Positions 31,496 to 41,121 of a stretch of DNA of 64,000 nt are shown here, piece after piece. Below the pieces are notes generated by a model that was not told where the DNA came from, did no database searches, and saw nothing but the letters and a program-made list of their open reading frames with translations. Numbering within the stretch: position 1 is the first letter of the stretch; every line of letters begins with the position of its first letter. Made by a program: the position numbers and the translations under genes. This stretch comes from Candidatus Bathyarchaeota archaeon (lineage in GTDB: Archaea > Thermoproteota > Bathyarchaeia > Bathyarchaeales > Bathycorpusculaceae): positions 160,001 to 224,000 of the forward strand of contig CAWGZR010000009.1 of the NCBI GenBank assembly GCA_963827165.1, written 5' to 3'.

Positions 31496-33715
31496 TTATG
31501 TGGATGCGAAGCGGTCGAAGGTTGCAAGTGCACTCATAGAACCGCAACAGGGGCATTTGTGGAGGGTTCCGAACCAGCTTTTCTTGCAGTTGTCACAGTA
31601 GGAAACGACACGGTTGTAAGTAAAGAACTCTAGAGCTTGGTTTCCTATTAGGCGACAGCTAAGGTCCATTAGCGCTTCAGCCTTAAAGTCCCCGACTTCC
31701 AACTCGATGATATCCAATGTACCACCCGCGCCGAGCCCCTTCATCTTTTGGACTGTCTCCAACTGCTCCGTCGCCAACGCCAACGTTTCGCCGATAGTTT
31801 TGATTTGGAACCTCCGCGTGGTCGAGTAATAGGGTTTTTCTCTTGTTCCCGAAAACTTGACTTTAGCTACACCGAACCGCTCAATATCTAGCTGCGCAAG
31901 CCGCTCCGCCGCTTCACTGTTGCTAAGCATAACCGAGTACAAGCGTTTGCCGTATTTCCTGCCGATTTTCTGCTTAAAAACCAAAATCGCCTGAATAATT
32001 TCCGTCGCGAAGGCGCGGGCTTCTTCCGAATTCATGCCTTTTTCCGTGAAGGCTTCCACTGTTTCCCTAAACCCAGCTAAGTTAATCATTCGGCTGCTGT
32101 TTTCCAACCTAAAGTACACGTCGCCGCTGCCGGTTCGCAATAGGAAAGGCAGAGAGTTTCTACCAAATTGCTTAAGTGCGGCACTTTTTATACCTATGGC
32201 GCGGGCGGCAAGCTCGAAGCGTTCCCTTACAAGTTCGAAAAACTTGTTTTTGTCCTTCTCGCATTCCAAAGCAATTCTAGGAAGGTTCAAGGTTACGCAG
32301 CCCAGACTACCTGTACGTAAAGTGTCGGTTTCCCAGTCACCTGTCAAATCCGAAGCAAGCTTCGCTCCAGTAGAAGAATAAGCAGCATTTTCGTTTTCTT
32401 TGCGAGATATATTAGCGAGGTAAGGTGCGCCTCTTTCAAGTGCTAGCTGATGTACTTTTAATAGAAGCCCCTTTGTGGTCTCGTCCGCGAAGGATTCTTT
32501 GGCTACTCTCACAATCAATTTGGGATTGAGCAATGGCTTGCTTAGGCTTTCTTCCGAAAAAACCTGAATTACCAATGTAGCCAATAGCTGGCTCTCCGCC
32601 TCGAAGTCGCCGTATTTACCGCAGAATTTTCCCAAGGGACCCACCGCCTCTTTCTCAGCGGTTGCCTTCGGAATGGAGAGATCAAGCGCCAATGTAGATT
32701 GGGCATGCTGGTTCAGGTTCAAAATGAATAGCCGCAGGTTTTCTTTAAGACGAGGAGTTTCGACGCCTTTTGCAAATGGAGCAAGGAAAACGTTGAAGTA
32801 CGTGCAGGTCTGGGCTTTGCTAACCTCTTTGTTGGCGTGAAGCAAAACGCTGAGGGCAACGGCGAGTGCCGATTCAAAGTCTCTTGGTGGCTCAATCGCG
32901 GCTTGCAGTGGATTGTCCAATTTGAGGCCATTTTGCAGGAAAAATCGTAGGTCATGGTTAACTTCGCTCGGCTTGGTAATCCATGTACCTAAGCCGTCTA
33001 CGTGAATGGCGCCTGAAAGATGGGCGTCAGCAATGTCTCTTGGAAAAATGTTTAGCAGAGTGTACTCTTCCAAGACGGCTTCCCCCGCTTTGGTTATTAA
33101 GGCTGCTGAATCTGCTACTTGGTCTTTGGCTTCGATCGAGGCGGTTACCTCGTGGACCGGCATGCCGACCCGCGTTAGTTTATGGCGGTAATCTTCGTAG
33201 CCTTTCTCAATCAAGATGCCGTTCACGACTTCGCGTATTAACGCGGCTGTGAGATACTTTGTTTTAGATTTAATCAGTCGTTTTTCAGCTTCCTTAGCTG
33301 CTTTCTGCGCCAACTCAGCAGGAACCTTCGCCTCTTTAATGAGTGAATTAGCGATTTTGTTAACGTCGAATTCTTCCATCGTCAAATGCGAAGTACGAAC
33401 AACCATGCCTCTGGGTTTAACTGCCTTCGCTTCAACTCTGTCAGCTACATCCAAAACCATCTTGCCCAAGTCAGTGAGGTAATATTTTTTAGCATCAACA
33501 TCCGCCTCAACCAAATCAGCCTTCAACATGAACTTTAGATGATATGCAAATCTGCCTGCGTCCCGACTCGGATTCATCTTCAGCGCCATCATAAGCTCTG
33601 TATAGCTAAGAGCGGTTCGGTCAAAGAGCAAGTTGAGGATTTGCAGCCTAAGCGGTGAAGAAACAGCTTTAAGAACTTTGACGCCGCGTGCACGGAGCGG
33701 AGGCTGATTAACCAT
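31496..33715 (-). CDS. ArsR-type HTH + ATP-cone + degenerate class III ribonucleotide reductase (NrdD-like) fusion
   Basis: N-terminal LKAVSSPLRLQIL...YHLKFMLKADLV (wHTH) and VRTSHLTMEEFDVNKI (ATP cone). NrdD motifs DAHLSGAIHV, DTLRTGSLGCVTLNLPRIA and YYS, plus CxxC-CxxC. No RxxGY. Confidence 0.85.
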   Translation of the reverse strand: MVNQPPLRARGVKVLKAVSSPLRLQILNLLFDRTALSYTELMMALKMNPSRDAGRFAYHLKFMLKADLVEADVDAKKYYLTDLGKMVLDVADRVEAKAVKPRGMVVRTSHLTMEEFDVNKIANSLIKEAKVPAELAQKAAKEAEKRLIKSKTKYLTAALIREVVNGILIEKGYEDYRHKLTRVGMPVHEVTASIEAKDQVADSAALITKAGEAVLEEYTLLNIFPRDIADAHLSGAIHVDGLGTWITKPSEVNHDLRFFLQNGLKLDNPLQAAIEPPRDFESALAVALSVLLHANKEVSKAQTCTYFNVFLAPFAKGVETPRLKENLRLFILNLNQHAQSTLALDLSIPKATAEKEAVGPLGKFCGKYGDFEAESQLLATLVIQVFSEESLSKPLLNPKLIVRVAKESFADETTKGLLLKVHQLALERGAPYLANISRKENENAAYSSTGAKLASDLTGDWETDTLRTGSLGCVTLNLPRIALECEKDKNKFFELVRERFELAARAIGIKSAALKQFGRNSLPFLLRTGSGDVYFRLENSSRMINLAGFRETVEAFTEKGMNSEEARAFATEIIQAILVFKQKIGRKYGKRLYSVMLSNSEAAERLAQLDIERFGVAKVKFSGTREKPYYSTTRRFQIKTIGETLALATEQLETVQKMKGLGAGGTLDIIELEVGDFKAEALMDLSCRLIGNQALEFFTYNRVVSYCDNCKKSWFGTLHKCPCCGSMSALATFDRFAST

Positions 33716-33843
33716 AAACCCTTCCCCAACAGATCCAAATCGGTGCCACTCTTATTGTTCACGCAACCGTTTAAAGTTAACTAAGGACTTTATTTCTTGA
33801 TATCGCAGTCTTTTTATTGCGGTGTTTAAGAAGGAAAAGCGAT

Positions 33844-34234
33844 TTATTTTGGGGGTTGCGGAAAGAGTTTGAGGCTAAACGATTTCAATCGGCTAAAATG
33901 CTTGATGTTAAAGGTGTAGAGTTTCGCGTCGCTGTTTACGGCCATCGCGGCGATCATTGCATCGTTGTCTCTATTGACATTCCTTTTAATTCCATTTCAT
34001 ACTCAATCTTGCAAGACAAAAGAGCATCTGCATTGGTAAAATCTAAGAGGGGAATCAAAAGGATATCTTCGGACTGTTTTCCACACCTATACAAACCGTG
34101 AAGAACCTCATCCAATGAAATCGCGCTTTAAACATCTCTTCATCTTTCTCAAGAAAGAGTCTTAGAGCTTGATTGCCTTTTTAAGATTTCCCACCAAGTA
34201 TTTCTATAAGGACGTCAGATTCAAACAATATCAA
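33844..34234 (-). pseudogene. vapC: VapC PIN-domain toxin, disrupted
   Basis: TTG overlaps the antitoxin stop. Reads LFESDVLIEILGGKS*...ISLDEVLHG...DAMIAAMAVNSDAKLYTFNIKHF with an in-frame TAA and frameshifts. Not in the ORF track. Confidence 0.7.
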
Positions 34235-34461
34235 GAATAGCGATGCTCGGCTCTTTTTGAACGGATTTCAGACAACATTTCTTCTTTTTCACTATCACCA
34301 AATTCGACTGACCCCCTTATTTTTTTCAGAATTTCCGCAGTTGAGTTTTTTTCAGCTAAACGGTCAAGAAGTTCACTGAAGCTTTCATCCTTTCTCTTAG
34401 TAGAGAGAAGTTTTCGGTAGACTTCATCGCGGATTTTAATTGTCTTGACCAAACTGCTCAC
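34231..34461 (-). CDS. vapB: VapB-type antitoxin (DUF217-like)
   Basis: KTIKIRDEVYRKL...KRKDESFSELLDRL. Confidence 0.85.
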   Translation of the reverse strand: MSSLVKTIKIRDEVYRKLLSTKRKDESFSELLDRLAEKNSTAEILKKIRGSVEFGDSEKEEMLSEIRSKRAEHRYS

Positions 34462-34508
34462 CCAACAAACTTGTGTTTAAACATACATTTGAACAGTATG
34501 TTATGATT

Positions 34509-34943
34509 TTACAAATTGCCTCTTAGCCAGGTTTTGACTGTTTCGTAGCTACAGAATAATGTGAGAATGGCTGTGGTGAGCACGGAGAACACGTATTCCC
34601 GGGTCAACTGTGCTGGCATCATAAAAGTCAACTCTACGGCCAGCGCAGCGACTGCGAAGATGGCGTAGAAGAGGAATCTTGGAATTAGGAAGCGGTTGAC
34701 TTTTACGCTGTTTTCCAAAAGGAACTTGCTGACTGTGAAGCCGCCGCATTCTCTCTTAAGCAAGCCGGCGTCTTCCAGCTTGGATAAGTGATAGGTTGCC
34801 ACTGACGGGCTGCTCATGTTGAGTGCTCTTTGCAGTTCGCGAGTTCCCACTGGCTTGTTGCTTTTCAGCAGAAAACGGTAAACTTCAAGAGTTGTTCCCC
34901 TGAGCACTTCTTTTGAGTCGTCGTCAGGCAAAGCAATCCACAA
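34509..34943 (-). CDS. Winged-HTH regulator with two C-terminal TM helices
   Basis: PVGTRELQRALNMSSPSVATYHLSKLEDAGL followed by two hydrophobic segments. Confidence 0.8.
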   Translation of the reverse strand: MWIALPDDDSKEVLRGTTLEVYRFLLKSNKPVGTRELQRALNMSSPSVATYHLSKLEDAGLLKRECGGFTVSKFLLENSVKVNRFLIPRFLFYAIFAVAALAVELTFMMPAQLTREYVFSVLTTAILTLFCSYETVKTWLRGNL

Positions 34944-35093
34944 ACCCTCTCAATGGTGCATTGGGGAATTTAAAAACTCCTCCGAAACACGGTTTGATTG
35001 AACGTTCGAAACCTTAGAACAGGGAGCCTAAAATATAACATTAAATAACGGTTTGCGCCGTTTATTTCGGGTTAAAAAGCAGAGTGCAAGGTT

Positions 35094-35477
35094 GTGTATT
35101 TGCTGAATCGCAAAATGTTATTGGCGCCGTTTCTTGCTGTCGCGTTAGTTCTGTCGCTTTCAGTAGCGGTAAGCGTTTTGCCGGCTTCGCCTCAAAATAA
35201 ACCTTCAAACCCAACTCCATCTGTAAATTTTAATGCTTTTCCCCCAGCGCCCAGCAGTTCAGCGGGTTCCTACGGCATGGCGGCTCCGGCTCCTACGGCA
35301 CTTCCATCTACAGCACCCACCGCCATCCCCGAATCGCTCAAATCCTCCGTTGACCTCATACCCATTATATCCGTTGCAGCCGCGATAGTTGTTGGCGTCG
35401 TTTCCGCATTACTCTTCTTCTCTGAGAGAAGCCTCAAAAAAGAACTTGGCGACTCAGAGTCCCAAAGTAAAATATAG
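35094..35477 (+). CDS. Hypothetical membrane protein with a Pro/Ser-rich loop
   Basis: Two hydrophobic helices flanking a low-complexity linker. Confidence 0.65.
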   Translation: MYLLNRKMLLAPFLAVALVLSLSVAVSVLPASPQNKPSNPTPSVNFNAFPPAPSSSAGSYGMAAPAPTALPSTAPTAIPESLKSSVDLIPIISVAAAIVVGVVSALLFFSERSLKKELGDSESQSKI

Positions 35478-35548
35478 GTTTGGGCAGTCTTTTTAGCAAA
35501 ACATTTAGGATTCCAAATGATTCAAATTGAAAAGGAGCGCACAAAGTT

Positions 35549-36088
35549 ATGTTGCCAGTTGACGTCTTAATCAGCGAGCACCGCCTAATCCTGTACACAA
35601 TCGGTGTCCTAAAGAAAGAGCAGCAAAAAGCGGTCGGAGCGAGAACGGTTGACGCAAGCTTCATTGTCTCAGCCGTTGATTTCTTCAGAACCTTCGCTGA
35701 CCGCTACCACCACGGTAAAGAAGAGGGCATCCTGTTCAACGAGCTTTACAAGAGGAAAATATCCGAAATCGACGCGGCGATGATGCGTGAACTCATTTTG
35801 GAGCATGCCACAGCACGGAGAACTGTGACTCTCCTTGAGAAGCAAGAAGCCAACTACATAGGCGGCAGCGCCGAAGCCTTGGGCAACATCCTTGAAGCCC
35901 TAAACACGCTGATTGAACTTTACCCTCGGCACATCGAAAAAGAAGACAAACATTTCTTTTACCAATCAATGACCTACTTCACGGAAAAAGAACAAAAAAA
36001 CATCCTCCAGAAATTCCAAGAATACAACCAAAACTTCACAGACAACAAATACAAACTGACAATCGAAACTTTGGAAAAGGGCATTTGA
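35549..36088 (+). CDS. Hemerythrin-domain protein
   Basis: EHRLI, HHGKEEGILF, EHATAR and HIEKED. Confidence 0.9.
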   Translation: MLPVDVLISEHRLILYTIGVLKKEQQKAVGARTVDASFIVSAVDFFRTFADRYHHGKEEGILFNELYKRKISEIDAAMMRELILEHATARRTVTLLEKQEANYIGGSAEALGNILEALNTLIELYPRHIEKEDKHFFYQSMTYFTEKEQKNILQKFQEYNQNFTDNKYKLTIETLEKGI

Positions 36089-36178
36089 AGCATGAACACA
36101 ATAGATAAGTGAACAACGGTCCTTTGCAGAGAATTTATCCCGTGCGCAATAACAAACTTAATCTGATCAATTTAACAT

Positions 36179-36427
36179 ATGGGAAATATGACCCAGATGA
36201 AGATGCCGAATTTAAGCGACGAGCGCAGGGATAATTTGCTCGGCGGAACCGCAATTATTCTGTTGGGCGTACTTCTCAGCGGGTCGGCTATTTGGGGAGC
36301 CGTTTTTAACATCTACTCCATGACTGGAGCGGCACCAGTACTGTTCTTCATTTTAGGCTTCGGATCAATCATTTTAGGCGTCGCAATAGTGCGGCATAAA
36401 CCTGAATCGGAAGCAAAACCCACTTAG
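36179..36427 (+). CDS. Small two-TM membrane protein
   Basis: Two hydrophobic helices in an 82-aa ORF. Confidence 0.6.
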   Translation: MGNMTQMKMPNLSDERRDNLLGGTAIILLGVLLSGSAIWGAVFNIYSMTGAAPVLFFILGFGSIILGVAIVRHKPESEAKPT

Positions 36428-36452
36428 CAGAAACAAATAGAGAATAATTGCG

Positions 36453-37673
36453 TTAGAAGCTGACAAAGTTAAACTTGATTATCGCCACTACGCCCCATAG
36501 ATTAATCAGAAGACAAAGGAGTATCAATGCTTTTTCTTGCCAAGTTAGTTTTCCGCTCAGTCCCTTGGCAGTTAGCAACATTAGGAAGGGTGTAAAGTCG
36601 AGACTGAAGCGGTAGCCAAACTGGGTATAACCAACTTCACCGTGAGTTATTAGAATTGGAAGGATGCAAAGCACGGCTAACGCGGCCATTTTGCTGAGTT
36701 TATCCCATGGACCTTTGAAAATGAGTAAGAACGCAGGTGTGGTAAAGAACAGTCCCAGTCCCATCCAGTTGGGTTTAAAATAGGGAAAAGTGTTGAGGAG
36801 AATTGGTCCTTGGAAAAGAATCGCGTAAAGATTCCGTGGAATATAGGCTAGGCTGAATAGTCCATTTGTGTAGTTGGGGTCGCCTTTGATTATTAGGGTG
36901 TATCCAATGTCGAGAAACGTGTCGTAACGGGCATAATTGTACAACCCGTTTAAAATAACTGGGATTGCTAGGCCCACGAGGAAATAAACCGCTTGCTTAA
37001 ACCTCGGTTTCCATGCGTCGTTGTGTTCGTATATTAGGAGCAGGAAAAATGGGAACGCCAAAATTGTAGGGAGCCGTGCTAAGTAAGCGCAGCCTAAGAG
37101 GAACCCGACGAAAAAATCGTTTCTCTTGTATAGAGCCAATAATATTGCCGACGTTAAGAAGAGAACTGCAGTTACCTGTTCAATATACCATGCTGAACCA
37201 ACCGCGGCTATGAACCAGAAACATGTCCCAAACCCGAAAAGAGCCGTCAGCCACAACGCTTTGCTGCCCTTCGTGCCAGTTTTGGTCAACATAAGCCAAA
37301 TCAGAGAGCAACACAAGCTGGCAAGAGCAATTGACATTAAACTCTGATCAACCGAGGTGCCAAAAACAGCGACAAAAGGAAGCAGAAGGATCGCGGGCAT
37401 GGGCGGATAAACAACATAGTAATTACCATTATGATTTACGAGTTCAGCAAGCGCTGTCCCTGAGCCTGTAAGGCCTAGCCTACCGTGAAGGAAAGAGCTG
37501 GCTAAATAAACGAAGTGATCTTGACCAGGCGGCGGACCCTTACTAAGATAAAAAACCACAAAGCACACAAGCGCAATTATAATGAATTTTTTGGCAGTTC
37601 CTAAAGACTCAAACTTTGCATATTGCCGCTGCATTGCTTCATTAATCTTGCCTATCCAGCCAATCTTGTGCAT
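36453..37673 (-). CDS. GT-C-like polytopic membrane glycosyltransferase
   Basis: About 10 TM helices; YYVVYPPMPA, YNYARY and QFGYRFSLDF. Confidence 0.65.
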   Translation of the reverse strand: MHKIGWIGKINEAMQRQYAKFESLGTAKKFIIIALVCFVVFYLSKGPPPGQDHFVYLASSFLHGRLGLTGSGTALAELVNHNGNYYVVYPPMPAILLLPFVAVFGTSVDQSLMSIALASLCCSLIWLMLTKTGTKGSKALWLTALFGFGTCFWFIAAVGSAWYIEQVTAVLFLTSAILLALYKRNDFFVGFLLGCAYLARLPTILAFPFFLLLIYEHNDAWKPRFKQAVYFLVGLAIPVILNGLYNYARYDTFLDIGYTLIIKGDPNYTNGLFSLAYIPRNLYAILFQGPILLNTFPYFKPNWMGLGLFFTTPAFLLIFKGPWDKLSKMAALAVLCILPILITHGEVGYTQFGYRFSLDFTPFLMLLTAKGLSGKLTWQEKALILLCLLINLWGVVAIIKFNFVSF

Positions 37674-37841
37674 TCTTTTAACCTGACGATTCTTTGAATT
37701 TGCCGAAAGTAGCTTAAAACTTTTTGCACTTCTCAGTTTAGTTTTTCAAAATTTATTCAGTTCCTGCCCTCTTAGCACTAATAAGTTTAATGGTTTAAAA
37801 AAATAAAAAAAGAAAAAGGGTTTTGTTTTTACTTGTTTCGT

Positions 37842-40741
37842 TTATGGTCGTTTTCTTACCGTCAGCATTGCTAGTACGGCGATTCCCACGATTATCACGA
37901 TGATTATCGCGACGACTCCGTACATCAATGTGGTATTGGATGCGATGCCGCTAAGCGGTGTTGCCGTCGGTGCTGGTGTTGGTGGGGCTGCACTGGCGTA
38001 GATGTGTGTTTCGGCGGATGAGCCATAGTAAGAGTTTGAGCCTGCGAATGTTGCGGTGATTGTGAAGTTGCCTGTTATGTCTGGTGTCCAAGTGTAGGAG
38101 AATGTGCCGCTTGCGTCGGTGGTTGTTGCGCCGATGGTTCTGTAGTTGCCGTTAACGTCGAGAACGCTCAATGTGACCGGAACTCCGGTGGCGTTTGTTG
38201 GCTTTGGCTGTTGCATGTAAACGTATTCCATCCATTGACTTTGGCTTGCGTCAGATACGCATGGAACACCGTTTGGAAAATCTGCTGCCTGTTCAGCCTG
38301 TGTCGTGCCCGCTGAAATGTCTGTAACTGAACCCGTTATGGTTATTGGTGTGGCAGTCGTTGCGCCTATGTCAGGTGCGGTGACAGTGGTTTTGCTTGGT
38401 CCTTGACCGAAGGCATAAACTTGGTTGTCATACATGTTGTAGTTTACGTATTCGCCGGATGCAACGAGCCCAATTGGATATCCTGGTCCACCGTTGTCGC
38501 CACCCTGAAATTCTTCTGCCCAAATTTGTTTGCCAGTAGTTGCGTTGAGACAGTACAACATTTCGCCTTTATAGTATGGTGACTGAGCGCCGTTTCCATG
38601 CTGGTTGGTGTAAAAGTACACCTTTCCGTCGGCGATGCTAGATATCAAGGTTGGTAGAAGACCCCAAGGTGAATTGAGTCCGTCGTTTGTGGTGTTGCCT
38701 TCGCCGCCGTTGCCGAATTGCCAAAGAAGATTTCCGTTGGCTGTGTTATAGCACCATACCTCTCCGCCATAGCCTGTGACGTAAACGTTGCCGTAAGCGT
38801 TAGCAGCATTTTGTCCTATGCCTAGTCCACTGCCGAAGAATTGATAGCCCTGTGGGAACACTGTTGTTGTTGGACCCCATAGAAGAGTTCCAGTGTCTAA
38901 ACTGTAGCCAAGCCATTCCATGGTTTCTCCGATCATCATTGTGATTACGCGCGTTGTTGGATCTATATCAACGATTCTTTGGGTGTAGCTTCCTAAGTTA
39001 GGATTGTTTGTCATTTGATCTGGTGCAGCGTAATTCTTAACCCACATTACCGATCCTACTGCGCCTCTGCTTGCGTTGAGATTAATTGCCCACATTGTGA
39101 AGGGGTTTGGAGTGAACTGAGGACCAACGGCTTCCGATAGTCCGCTGCTTGTTCCCATTATGATGTCACCAGGTATAACCGCGTTGATCGTTGGACCAGT
39201 TATTGAGACTCCTGTAGCGGAGGTGGCGTTGATGGCAAGTCCGTTTAGATCAGCGTTTATTGTCACATTCCAAAGATATGCAGTCATGTATGCTGTAGCC
39301 GGAGTGCTTCCATAAACGGCATTAGCTGCTCCGTTGATTACTTGACCTTCTGGCCTGTACGGGCCTCCTGGGTTTGCAATGTTGAAAATCAGTGTGGTGG
39401 TATTCCATAGACCTAGCCAACCAGATTGTGTGGCAGTATTGTAGTCGAGGACATATCTTAGCAGGCTACCGCTTGAATCATATGCCGAAATTACGGTCTG
39501 TTCTTGCAGCAGTTGGCCATTTGTACCGTAGACGCTGTAGCTTTGTGGAACGTTTGTTATGTTAAATTCCCAGTTGCCAGTGAATCCATCGTAAGCCATC
39601 CACGTTACATTAGGCATCGTAGTTGGTGCTTCTTGGCCGGGGACAGTTGGTACTGGAGTTGCCGTGGGCAGGGTGAAAGATTGCCATAGGTAGCCGCTTG
39701 GGATGACACCAGATTGGTTAGGGTCAACTTCATTAAATAGTTGGCCCCATGTGGGATTGAAATAGGGATTACTGTTCGCCCATATGGTTTGTCCAGTGCG
39801 CAAGTTTAAGCAGACGTAAGATCCTCCGTAAGCTAGACCGTTTGATCCCGTGACAGTAGTGCTGCCGACCCCTCCGAAGGGCATTCTGAAGTAGAGATAT
39901 CCATCCATGACTATTGGGTTGATGAATCTGGGCTGGTATGAGCTTCCTGAATAGAAAGATGCGCCGAGTACTCCAGTGTTTGATCCTCCGACAATTCCAC
40001 CGAACTCTACTGGGTCTGTCCATAGTATGTGGCCGCTGTTTGGTGCTGTGCCTGAGTTCTGGAAAAGCTGGTAACCACTCTCATCTGTAGTGCCTAGTTG
40101 GGCTGACGATTGACCTAGCCAACTTGATGCGATACTATACCAGTTTGTATTCTGTCCGTTTATGGGGAAAGTCCAGTAAGAGGTTGGAAGCGGAGCGGAA
40201 GAAATATAGCCTAATGGCTGTTGCTGAACGGTGAAGGTTGTGCTTGTGGTGCTGGGTTCAAAAATGTCTCCTGCATAGGCATTAATTGAAGCAATTGTTG
40301 TCGCTGGAAGTGTGAATGCGGAAGTTACCTGTGATAGAGTTGGATATGTCATTCCTCCGAAAGTGAATGTCGCTGTGTAAGTTCCGGTCGTAGAAGGTAC
40401 GAAAGTAGTTGTTAGTTCACCACCTGGGTTAGCGACAACAGGCCAGCTTTGTGTGGTATTTGCTCCGCCAGGTGCAGTAATGGTTAGCTTGTAGTTTTCT
40501 TTTCTGATGTTGTTAGCGGTACCGGCATTAGCGAGAGGCTGAGCTGTCCATATGCTGATTGTTTCCGTTTGGCCAACACCTACTGGATTAGGTGCAAGAG
40601 AGATGAAGGCCTGATCTGTGACATGCCATGCTGGGGTTATGTGCATAGCTGAGGGTATAAGTGTTAATGAAGTCTGTCATTGATAGAATGAAGAATATCG
40701 AAATCACTATAGTTGCAATCTTATTTTTTAAGATTTTTCAT
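37842..40741 (-). CDS. Large secreted PQQ-like beta-propeller surface protein (paralog 2), signal peptide frameshifted
   Basis: Clearly homologous to 1014..3911 (PNPVGVGQT, NTNWY.I.S.WLG, GVPCVSD, TWTPDITGNFT, RKRP). The true ATG at 40741 follows a GGAAGGA RBS, with indels in the leader. Confidence 0.8.
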
Positions 40742-40773
40742 GTTTATTCTTTCCTTCCTTAATTTGTCTTTTT

Positions 40774-40856
40774 ATCGAGTAAAAAAGGCGTAAATGAACC
40801 ATAAAAAAAAGCTTTTTGTAGCTGTGATTTACGACATTTACGTTTTTCTACTCGAT
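40774..40856 (-). promoter_or_regulatory. Long 5' leader hairpin
   Basis: ATCGAGTAAAAAAGGCGTAAATG ... CATTTACGTTTTTCTACTCGAT inverted repeat. A TATA-like TATTATAA lies about 25-30 nt upstream on the minus strand. Confidence 0.6.
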
Positions 40857-41121
40857 CGCGCTTACTACACTACCAATTTTCCTTATAATACTTATGCAAT
40901 TTAAGGGCAGGCACCGCAGACCACTAAGCTTTTGATGAAATCCGATGCATTTTCTGTCGATGGCCCTTAAGCAGACAATCTTGCGCATTCCTGTTACCTG
41001 TCAATTTTTTGAATTTGGCGAGAGCAACTTGAAGCTTTTTGTAAATGCCTGCTCGTAGGAAGACCCAAGGCGCCAACGTGAAAATAACCAGCGATGTTTC
41101 GAAGCGTCTTGATTCAAAAAT

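Noticed and set aside
31496-33715. Functional anaerobic ribonucleotide reductase nrdD
   Set aside because: It lacks the glycyl-radical motif and the finger-loop Cys, and no activase is adjacent.
33817-34101. Plus-strand 94-aa ORF
   Set aside because: It is the antisense shadow of the vapC pseudogene.
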